DNA of 63,777 nucleotides, filler included, from Lenisia limosa (Eukaryota; Protista; Breviatea), in NCBI GenBank assembly GCA_001655205.1. It is 10 parts of 10 records of this genome, joined end to end, with 100 filler letters (N's around TTAATTAATTAA, not from the genome) between each part and the next. Parts side by side here need not be neighbours in the genome. Positions count along the whole stretch, not along the records: positions 25,714 to 27,820 come from LPNZ01010699.1; positions 27,921 to 30,844 come from LPNZ01011403.1; positions 30,945 to 35,582 come from LPNZ01004319.1; positions 35,683 to 39,038 come from LPNZ01003746.1; 6 more parts are not named here. One strand, given 5' to 3'. A program made the position numbers and the translations under genes. The notes beneath the pieces were generated by a model, which was given only the letters and a program-made list of their open reading frames with translations, searched no databases and had not been told where the DNA came from. This document shows, piece after piece, positions 25,852 through 36,024 of the stretch (position 1 is the first letter of the stretch; every line of letters starts with the position of its first letter).

Positions 25852-26320
25852 AGGAGTGCAATGCAGTGCCGGTGCTGACTGCACAGTCGCAATGGAGTGT
25901 CGGCAAAATCATGACACTTTTCATGCTGTTTCTTGCCGCAGCTGGCTGTGTTGTGGCTTATAGACTACTTGTGGANNNNNNNNNNNNNNNNNNNNNNNNN
26001 NNNNNNNNNNNNNNNNNNNNNNNNNNNNNNNNNNNNNNNNNNNNNNNNNNNNNNNNNNNNNNNNNNNNNNNNNNNNNNNNNNNNNNNNNNNNNNNNNNNN
26101 NNNNNNNNNNNNNNNNNNNNNNNNNNNNNNNNNNNNNNNNNNNNNNNNNNNNNNNNNNNNNNNNNNNNNNNNNNNNNNNNNNNNNNNNNNNNNNNNNNNN
26201 NNNNNNNNNNNNNNNNNNNNNNNNNNNNNNNNNNNNNNNNNNNNNNNNNNNNNNNNCAGAAGTGTAGACGTGTTGCGTGAACGTGAATGTAGGGCTGATT
26301 TCAGAGAAAATGAGGGTGAT
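25852..26320 (+). CDS. 3' fragment of a membrane protein gene
   Basis: Acceptor ctaacccccag|, then ECNAVPVLTAQSQWSVGKIMTLFMLFLAAAGCVVAYRLL (hydrophobic, TM-like), then a donor; further exon SVDVLRERECRADFRENE. Confidence 0.35.
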
Positions 26321-26568
26321 TGAGAAGTAGATTTTTTTCTCTTTTTTTTCAAATAGGAGGACAAAAGAAGATAATGACAAACTTGCCAAATAAGGAAAAA
26401 AACCGGCTGACAACACACGAGGGTTGATAATAACAAAACAAANNNNNNNNNNGTTGGTAATTTCTAATCATTGCTCAGCTTTCACAGTGATAGAAACAGA
26501 AATACAATAAATAGTAAACCCTGGACAAAAAGGGTTCCAGCAAGCCCCCAATGAACGCAATTCAGCAG

Positions 26569-27805
26569 ATTAGGCATAGACGGCCTCGTAGTTTGCGAAG
26601 AAGTTATCATGGTAAATGACGCCGTTGGGGGATTCGTCGCGACAAAGCAGGCCACTTTGTTCGGAGGCCTGGGGGGGGGGGGGGGNNNNNNNNNNNNNNN
26701 NNNNNNNNNNNNNNNNNNNNNNNNNNNNNNNNNNNNNNNNNNNNNNNNNNNNNTGAAGTGAAGGAAGAGGGGGTACGGTACCAAAAAGACTGCATTTCTC
26801 GATAAATCCTCAAAAAATATCGATATTGTTCCAGTTTTGTTTCGAACCGTAAAAACACCCAAAAACAAACCCTGAGAAGCTCTTGAGCAAGGGGAATGGC
26901 AAGAGACATGGCCAAGGCAAGGGTGTATGGTGACTGGGGACCTAGGGGTGTGAAATAAACGGTAAAACAGAACTTATAAACAACATGCAAACAAAACACC
27001 TTGACTGCGTTTATATACATTGATATATTTTGATACTTACAGGAAAGCCCTAAACCACATCCAAACAACAAACCTTGTTCATGCACAACATCAGCGATTC
27101 CTTCGGCAGCCAGTTCCTCAGATTTGTCCACTAAACCGTGAAAAACAACTTATCAAAGAAGTGTTGTTGGAACTTCCCTAAACAGAGTAATAACCCCCTC
27201 TCCCACCAAGCGTAATGGCTTTGAGGCCACTTTCGTAGTTCTTCAGTTTACAAGAAAGTCCTAACGGTTCAAGGCTAAACAGTCAAATACGTTGACATGA
27301 GAAAAAACAAGATGTTTTGGCCAAAGCTCCACACCATCACGCTTATGATATTAGATTATATGATTTTTAGCAATGAGAAATGAAAAAAAGGTTGTATCTG
27401 GCCGAANNNNNNNNNNNNNNNNNNNNNNNNNNNNNNNNNNNNNNNNNNNNNNNNNNNNNNNNNNNNNNNNNNNNNNNNNNNNNNNNNNNNNNNNNNNNNN
27501 NNNNNNNNNNNNNNNNNNNNNNNNNNNNNNNTGTGCACACAGTCAAAGAGGAATAATTTCATAAGGACTTTTTGGTCTGAAAAATACTGATAAAATATTA
27601 ATAGTATTTCTATCTAGTATATGATATATGATATATATGATAGTATATCATATTGCACAACATATCATACATTTATACAAGTAGATATGTGTAATATGTA
27701 CATTGTATGGTATCATATTGTCTCCACTGCGAAAAAGTAAGGCAGACCGTTGTGCCGCCTTTTGTAAGTCCTCCGGTGAAACCATCTCCGTGCCTCTTGC
27801 CCTGG
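26569..27805 (-). CDS. Fragment of an unknown gene
   Basis: Exons with C-run acceptors: ARGTEMVSPEDLQKAAQRSALLFRSG, LSCKLKNYESGLKAITL, VDKSEELAAEGIADVVHEQ, ASEQSGLLCRDESPNGVIYHDNFFANYEAVYA*. Confidence 0.35.
26768..26862. mobile_element. MITE family 1 copy
   Basis: gggggtacggtaccaaaaagactgcatttctcgataaatcctc...cagttttgtttcgaaccgtaaaaacaccc. Confidence 0.65.
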
Positions 27806-28461
27806 GGGGGGGGGGGTAAANNNNNNNNNNNNNNNNNNNNNNNNNNNNNNNNNNNNNNNNNNNNTTAATTAATTAANNNNNNNNNNNNNNNNNNNNNNNN
27901 NNNNNNNNNNNNNNNNNNNNGCTTGAATCATACACTTCACACAATCTTTCACTGCACTATTTTCCAAAGTACCGCTTTCCTGACAATTTAGTTCAGTTCT
28001 AAGAAAATAAGATCCATTTTCCATATCTTTCTTTGGCATATTGACAATTGATGATCAATCTTGACAATTTAGTTTATGTTTCAAGTCGATCATGAGGATA
28101 AAATCTGGTTTCTCGAGACTCTACCAGCGTTCAAGACCTGGCGCAAGGAGGTGTTGCTGAAGGTTCGTAATTCTGACCCTTTTGATTGAAGTTTTCAATT
28201 ATTTTATATTCTGAAATTATTCTACTTTTTACTTTTTCACCACAATGACAGATTTACATGTATGTATCTGCTCACGCTCCTAAACTCCGTTTTTTATTCA
28301 AAAACTCGTGATTTCTTTCATTGTTGTATGCCATAACTTCCCTTTTCATACAAAAATAGAACAAAAGAAGTTTGGAAAAGAAATTTATTTATCATACTTT
28401 ATATAAAACAGCAAAATCATATACTAACACACAAACTGAAATACAAGCTACACCGTCAGCA

Positions 28462-30700
28462 TCATAGTACAAGCTTCTTGAGCCGACTTGCCTTCAATTT
28501 CGTAACTCCACCAGTCCGTACACAGGTTTCGGTTGAAATAAGCTCCCCACCAACAGAATTGACAATCTTAACCGTTTGCTCAATGAATGGTGTCATTTCT
28601 TCATGTTCAATTACCGAGCAAACCACAGTAGCAATGGATGTGACTTCATTTAGAACATGTGGGCAGTGTTGTACAGTGGCCGCAAGGGCAGCAGCTGCAC
28701 CTTGAGCAAAAGCAACCTGTTGTGGAGACAGCTTCTGCATCAATATTCTCCTTGAGTCTATCCGATGCTTGGAGAGAAACAGCCTGCTCAAAATACTTCA
28801 GTGTTAGCATTGACGTTTGTGTTGAAGACTTCAGTGTGAGCATTGACGTTTGTGTTGAAGACTTCAGTGTTAGCGTTGACGTTTGTGTTGAAGACTTCAG
28901 TGTGAGCATTGACGTTTGTGTTGAAGACTTCAGTGTTAGCGTCGACGTTTGTGTTGAAGACTTCAGTGTGAGCATTGACGTTTGTGTTGAAGACTTCAGT
29001 GTTAGCGTTGACGTTTGTGTTGAAGACTTCAGTGTGAGCGTTGACGTTTGTGTTGAAGACATCAGTGTTAGCGTTGACGTTTGTGTTGAAGACATCAGTG
29101 TTGTCATTATGGAGGAATGTGGCATTCAGGCGTTTACGGCGCTTGGCAGGACTGTGATGTGGATCAATCTCCGTGGGTGTGGCGGTGGGCGCCTCGTTCA
29201 CAAAGTGCATCTGAGTTTGAAATTTATGACTTCAACCTTACCTTACCACGTTTCTGGAGTTGCCCCACCACTGGCCCATTCTCCACGTATTGCCAGAGCA
29301 ATGCCTTGAGGTGACATCCAATAGTGCCTTCCTCTTTGACAGTCTGAAGCTCGGTGGTACATTGTGCCTTGCCCAAAAGAGATGATTGTAGCATCCAGGC
29401 AGTAAATTGGGGTACAAGTTTGGTGCCTTAAACGGAGCATTCAAATTGGTAGATGAGAACAACTTTTTGCAAAACTTGGTGTTGGGGATTGGGTAACCAT
29501 CTTTTGGGAGTTGTCTGTATAGTCTTCCCTGCTCATAAACCTTGTTGTCAATCAGCAGTGGTTGGTAACCTTCAACTGTGTAACCACAGGCATTCAGTGA
29601 TGCCTTCATAACAGTATAAGAAGTATTTAGAGTAACTTTTGAGCGTCAACTGTATGACGCAATCAGTCTTCTTAGGCAGTCATTCACCTTGGCGTGATGG
29701 TAGGAATCCCCCACCTAAATAGTCAATATCATTCCATATTATATCACCTTAGGAGTTATTCTCACACATTCCCACTATGATACTACCTTGTGAATCCCCA
29801 AAGTTGTCTTCGTTCATCATTTCAGACTCCAAAGTCAGTCATATCATCATGTCATATCAATAGTGAATATGGGAAGATATATATAGCCCCCATGCTGTCA
29901 GATACAAAACGCTTACTTGCATAAAGTGTGAAATGAAGGATGGCTCAATGATCAAAATGATACCATATTGGAGAAATACAGCGGCAGATACACCATTCTT
30001 CTTACGGATAATCTAGATGAAAATTAGCCAAACGGTTTCAAGTCGTGAAAGACAACTTTTGGATGAAGCAAGAACACATATACATCTTCACACTGGGCAT
30101 TGATCTGCTTCCAACTCTTTCCAAGCTTCTTCTGAGCTTCACGCTCGAACTGTTGATAAAATTGAGCAATCGGTTTGAGGAATACTTCTGAGGCTAAGTA
30201 GTTATACACAGTTGTGGCCATTCATCTTTCCACAAAAACAAGAGAAACCCACATACCTTTCAAATACTCTTGATCCATACAGTATCTTGATGCTTCTATT
30301 ATTCTTGCGGCAAAGGCCTCCATCGTTAAGGCAACATGAAATGCGCGAATACCCGCCCGCTGCACATAATGTCTTGGTTGACAGACCTCGAGTTAACCTC
30401 ACGGCAATGTGACCAGATCCTTCTCCCACTGTTGAAGAGCCTTCCCATTTGAAGCACTTTCTCGGTTATTGAAGGGAAAACTGAGAGAATTGTAAAATTT
30501 ACACGAAATATTCTCAAACAATCAGAAACAAGAAAATAGCACTCATAGGTGGGGAACTTTTTCACAAATATATTAAGAAAACCACTGACCTGTGTTGCCA
30601 TCTGCCTGTCTAAATTTGAGGGTTCCTTCTCTTCACCCTTAATCCTTCTCGCAAGAGCCTCGATTTTTTTTATCATACAAATGGATCTGTTTCTTGACAA
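28462..30700 (-). CDS. Unknown gene or decayed gene containing an 11-aa tandem repeat and an NLS-like KRRKR
   Basis: Long open segments 30326-30700, 30024-30221, 29238-29609 and 28788-29210. An intron gtaaggtaagg..actcag joins ..SRNV|MHFVNEAP..SPAKRRKRL. Some junctions are not in frame. Confidence 0.35.
28795..29100. repeat. 33-bp tandem repeat, about 9 units, with an alternating 66-bp higher-order pattern
   Basis: Unit cttcagtgt(t/g)agc(a/g)ttgacgtttgtgttgaaga. The minus frame reads (TEVFNTNVNAN/TEVFNTNVNAH)n. No spacers between units. Confidence 0.95.
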
Positions 30701-30949
30701 TCTTGGGGTCTACTCCCATCCACAGTTAAAGTGTAAGTTGAAATATCACAAACAATATTATACATGTACATACATGCACGTATACTAATTAGATGTTTAT
30801 TGATTTCAGAAAGAACAATGCAACAAATCCCCCCACTCACTGCANNNNNNNNNNNNNNNNNNNNNNNNNNNNNNNNNNNNNNNNNNNNTTAATTAATTAA
30901 NNNNNNNNNNNNNNNNNNNNNNNNNNNNNNNNNNNNNNNNNNNNCGGGC

Positions 30950-33900
30950 GACGACGACAAAAAGGGCATAGTGGATGCAGCTATCTGGGGGGTGAGGAAG
31001 GCATGTATATATAGTATATCATATATATTATGCATATATAGCTATATGTGTATATATCTACTTTCTTTGAAAGACTCCACCACTCCCACAAGTATGCTCA
31101 TGGAAGATGCAGCCGAGGCGGTCCGTGCTGCGAGGTTGATGGTTTGGCCCACAACACTGAAATGCAGCGTGCTTCGGCCTAACACTCCGCCAACAACAGG
31201 GCCTGAAGCATGAGACTCAAATACGCAGTCTCGCAAAGAAGCCATGGCTAGCTAGCAGAAATAATCACAGAATACAACAGAAGCAAGTCGAAGCCCACCA
31301 GAGGCGAGGCCGATTTGGATGTCGACGCGTCCTCCGTGAGACTTCAGAGTTTTGGCGGATATGACAGCAAGCTCGTGGGCGGATATACGCGAGGAAACAG
31401 ACTGACAAAGAAATTAAGGCTGCAAGGCCAAAGGAATTAAGGCTGTAAGGCCAAAGGAATTAAGGGCGAATAAAGAAATCTAAGACATACAAATTATATA
31501 CATTTGATATTACTCCTAAGTCCATTCACATCTTAGTTACCTTGTAACTCATGACTGAATTTCGGCGTTTTGAAGGGACGGCTAAAACTAAAGGCGTCAG
31601 GTTTTACTCTCTATCCCCNNNNNNNNNNNNNNNNNNNNNNNNNNNNNNNNNNNNNNNNNNNNNNNNNNNNNNNNNTGATGGGGAGCGTTTGATTGAGGTG
31701 TCATCTTCGGAGAACTGCGTAGTGAGCAACGATGGGAGGGGGCTGTTATTGGGTCGCAATTAACAAAGAGGCGAAACCACTCAGCTCACCATGTTATCAA
31801 TGAATGCGAGGAACTCTGACGCAACCTGAGCAAGTCAGATGATATTATCAACAAGACGCGATTTACTCTTGGCCCCCTCACCTCCAAGGCGATTTTGGCA
31901 TGGTTATTAACGGGATCAGGTGCCCCCGCACACACCACGTAGGTCATGCCTTCCTGCTCTAGTTTGTGGCTAAATTGTCAGAAGAGGTATCAAAATATAA
32001 GGACTTATTTCTGAGAATCTGAGAAGAAACAAGGACAATAACGAACGGACATTCGATGGGAGATGAGAATGCGGTCGAAAGAAGACGAGATCCCATGAAG
32101 AACCGAGACGGCCTCCTTATCGTCGCTCGCGTTCAGGATGTTGATCTGGGGTAAATAGTCAGAATGTCTGAAAGACCTTCATCAGCAACAATTTGGGGCA
32201 AAAAAGAGTACCTTGGCAAAGAGAATGGTTACTTCAGGATAAGACTCAGTGAGGGCAGCGACACTGACACCCCTTCTCAGCTGTTGTGACACAGTGGCGG
32301 GTAGGAGAGAGGCGGATAGTGCGTCTGTTCAGGTCACAATCAGACACTGCATTTGATATGCGATTTTGAGGGTAAATTATGAGAAATGCTTGAGCTTTTG
32401 CCATCATACTCATATCAGTAGTTTCCCTCTCAAGCACCAGGGTTGCTGAGATGATCTTCTGTGCATACTCTCGATTCTGAAGAGTTAAAATGCGGAGCTC
32501 TTCATCATAAAAATGACAGTTTCAGAGGGAATATCAAGACACCCAATGTTTATCGAACAAGCTATGATGCTCGCTACAACAATAATCCCTACGGTTTCCC
32601 ACCTTTTGAGCCATAATGAGAGTGACGGTGCAGGCCGCAAAGACGTAAATGTACCGCTCAACGTTCACATCCGCAAAGGCAACCCACAGAACCTGCAGAT
32701 GTTAGATAAAATCATCCTTTCTCAGATTATAAATCAAATTGACCATCTTGTTATATGAAGAAGTAAATGTATGAGGCTTTGACAGCAAGAATAATAGCCA
32801 TTAAATATATGTAGACACGAGTAAATACATAGGGATAGTAAATAATTCAGAATCAAGTTATTTCCCCTTAAATATGAATATACAATCATATTTATTGTGG
32901 AAAAATGTTGCTGTCATCCATACCAGGGGAATGACCGAAATTGGCCATTCTAACGGTATACTGCTGAAGAGGTCTGGGATGTTACGAAAAGTGGACTCAT
33001 GAATGACAAAGAGTAAGCGGTACAAATGACCCACTTCCAAACGAAACATAGAAAACGACGAGTAAGGCAGCCAAATCTTCCTGGGGGTCCAGCCAATCAG
33101 AGAAGTAGATGCCGACTCCAAGGCTCGTGTTGGCCATAAACCAGCAGACCCGAACCATACGGTCAAACCACCATGTCTGAACCGTAAATCGGGTAGCAAG
33201 CAACCAGCACTGCTGGCGTATAAAACGGCATTTTTCAACACATCCTATGGGGATATATTCGAAGACCACACATCCGAGATAATGACTCTCATTACCATCA
33301 ACCTTAAGATAGAAAGAAGCAGGACCCATTGCATACCCCGCTAATCATTTCTTCGACAGAATTGAGTGACGCCTTACTCTTGCGTCCGCGCGTGACTCGT
33401 GGTGTGAACGAGACCTTCTGAGTAACGTCGCATATTGATTTATCTTTTACTATTCCAGGATACAATAAATATGAAACAAAAAATGCATATTGTTTATACT
33501 CCTAAATTTTAAGTATTATTACTTAGTATTTATAATAGTAAAAGATTTGACGAGCAAAGAAGAAATTTCAAATATTTTAATGATATTCAAGGCAGAACAA
33601 AGGTGATAAAAAAAACACAACAATCTCCAACACAAAAACGAATAGCATAGAGTAATCTTGCAAGAATACTCTTGATTGCTTGATGATTGGTGTATATTTT
33701 GGCGGGAGATTGGTCGGATATCTGCTGTAATTTGATGATTACAACTGCTGATAAACATCAACTCCTATAATTCGATACACCCAACCAAAAATATAATTTA
33801 AAGTCGATTAGACAAAAAAACAGTCAACAAAAACCTCCCTCCCACCTGCTCCGGCTGGGGGCTATTGCTTGCAATGAAGTCCCTCAACTTCAAGCCTCTG

Positions 33901-34169
33901 CCGTCTTGACTCGCCAGGAAGGACGTGATAAAGAGCGTGAACAGCACAAGGAACACGGTGATAAAGGCCGCTTTCGTAGCCATGTTTTCTTGCTGGTCAT
34001 GGATGAAGAGAACAAAGAGGTAAGCCGGTGGTATGATCGAGAGGACCAATACTGGGTATTTACCCCTGGAGGTTGCAAGTTGGAGCCTCCACAGCTCAAA
34101 TAGCACGGCGGCAAGAATGCTATCCCTCTCATCCTCGCCAATAACCTCGGTGGTGCTAGGCAGTTGCAT
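30950..34169 (-). CDS. Membrane-bound class III adenylate/guanylate cyclase-like protein (cyclase A)
   Basis: N-terminal TM segments (33840-34169), then ESYPEVTILFAK, EAVSVLHGISSSFDRIL, LEQEGMTYVVCAGAPDPVNNHAKIALE, RVDIQIGLASG|PVVGGVLGRSTLHFSVVGQTINLAARTASAASSMSIL. Confidence 0.8.
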
Positions 34170-34590
34170 TGAACAGAGAAGAGGTTATTGTTACATCGTG
34201 GGTGGAATATCTGCGGGGTCAATGGTCAATTCTTAATTATTTTTAGCTTATATGCTTATTATATTATTAAATAAATATAAGCGTTGATGGTTTGATTATT
34301 TTTCGATCATTTGATCCCGTCCAACCACTAAAATGACTGGGTTGTAAATTCGTAACTATAAAAATAATTTTTGGGAAAACAAACACTATGAGCTTTACGA
34401 ACAGTGTTACTGGGTATAATTGAAGAGTTGCATTTAATTAGCCTAGTTGTATCCTTTATAACTTCTTCTTTTAGAATTACTTTGTTCTCTTTTAGAAATT
34501 CAGCCCATGTAATCAGCATTACAACACCTTAATAGATACATCTGGTTGAAATCCGGAAATACCCCGAGAACGTCATAGTTTCCTGTTAAA

Positions 34591-35460
34591 ATGAACTTCC
34601 CTCAACCTCCTCAGCCCACCTTTGCTGCCCCCCAGCCTCCCCAGCCAACAGCACCCCCTCAATATGCTCAGCCCCCACAACCAACCTTCGGAGCCCCTCC
34701 TCCTCAGCCTCAGCCCCCAGTCCCAGCTTTTAACGCTGCTCCTGTCAACCAACCTCCTCCGTCACATTACAGTGCCCCTTGCCCGGTCCCAACACAGGGT
34801 CCACCAATGCGCAATGAAGTTCCTCCCACCGGCCCTGCCCATACCAAGCATCATGGTGAGTTATGATCGCCAATAAAATTGCTATTGTGCACGTAGGTCC
34901 CATTTGAGTATTGAATTCTTCCAGACCTGTCTTGCTTTGCCGCACTCTGCTTTTAATGCTCAGTTTCGGAACATTTGCTGCTTTTGATAATGTGCTGTCA
35001 CGGCATTGACCCTTCAGGAATTGTCCAGGGAGCCAGGCCTAACTACCCCTCCACACTNNNNNNNNNNNNNNNNNNNNNNNNNNNNNNNNNNNNNNNNNNN
35101 NNNNNNNNNNNNNNNNNNNNNNNNNNNNNNNNNNNNNNNNNNNNNNNNNNNNNNNNNNNNNNNNNNNNNNNNNNNNNNNNNNNNNNNNNNNNNNNNNNNN
35201 NNNAGGATTCTTTATATATATATATATATATATAAGTTGCAAAACCAGTTCGAATCAGAAACCGTGATGTCCATATTGGTGCTCTACAGCAGGCTATTAA
35301 TTTGTAGCAACAGTCAGTCCAGCAGCCCCAACAAACCCAGCAACAAGCAAACCAGGCCATGCAACCGTCCAATGACCTCCCCATCATGGTATGCTTTATG
35401 GATATTGCCTGTATCTTGAATTCCCATCGTAGAGAGATGACAAATGTACCGCTTTCTGTG
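34591..35460 (+). CDS. 5' part of a Pro/Gln-rich low-complexity protein
   Basis: MNFPQPPQPTFAAPQPPQPTAPPQYAQPP..PAHTKHH|gtgagt; later exons GIVQGARPNYPST and QQSVQQPQQTQQQANQAMQPSNDLPIM|gtatg. Confidence 0.6.
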
Positions 35461-35900
35461 TCCCCCCCCCCCCTGCATACCAGCACGGAATAGATCATCA
35501 CAGCAATTGTTTAGCTTTATTCACATATGAGCATCACAAAACATTGCTTATTGTGCTTCTGTTTCTCACCTCCCCCCCCCCCNNNNNNNNNNNNNNNNNN
35601 NNNNNNNNNNNNNNNNNNNNNNNNNNTTAATTAATTAANNNNNNNNNNNNNNNNNNNNNNNNNNNNNNNNNNNNNNNNNNNNCATACTATAACAAAAATG
35701 TACAATATTGTGGGAGTCCCATCGCACTTTGAGAAAAGACTCCTCAAATTGTTCCGTATTGGCCCGCTGAATTTGTCCAAGTTTCTAAATATGAATAAAA
35801 AAGCAGCAAAAGAAAGTCTGGAATATTTGTAAGTACAAACTCACAATTATGTGTTTTATAGTTGAATCTCATCCCCCTTCTGAACGAAAACTAAAAAAAC

Positions 35901-36024
35901 AAAAACATGCCTAGCATACCACTTGGCAAACAAAAACATGGCACCTAGCATACCAGTTGGCAGACAAAAACATGGCACCTAGCATACCAGTTGGCAAACA
36001 GAAACATGGCACCTAGCATACCAC
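35901..36024. repeat. 34-bp tandem repeat (~3.6 units) beginning at a minus-strand splice donor
   Basis: (aaaaacatggcacctagcataccagttggcaaac)n; on the minus strand each unit starts tg|gtatgctagg. Confidence 0.9.

Noticed and set aside
1772-27564. Many ORF-track entries that run through X stretches or low-complexity repeats
   Set aside because: They are open only because N runs contain no stops, or are antisense or intron-spanning by-products of spliced genes.
26500-27810. Extension of the dynein gene beyond the 25658 linker
   Set aside because: The exons show no dynein motifs, one ends in a stop, and a plus-strand TM exon intervenes at 25852.
28795-29100. 33-bp repeat as a CRISPR array
   Set aside because: Units are directly adjacent with no unique spacers, there are no cas genes, and the context is eukaryotic.
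18275-35590. N gaps systematically starting at long G or C homopolymers as a genomic feature
   Set aside because: Most likely short-read dropout at homopolymers or G-quadruplexes. It does mean that G/C-run lengths are underestimated.
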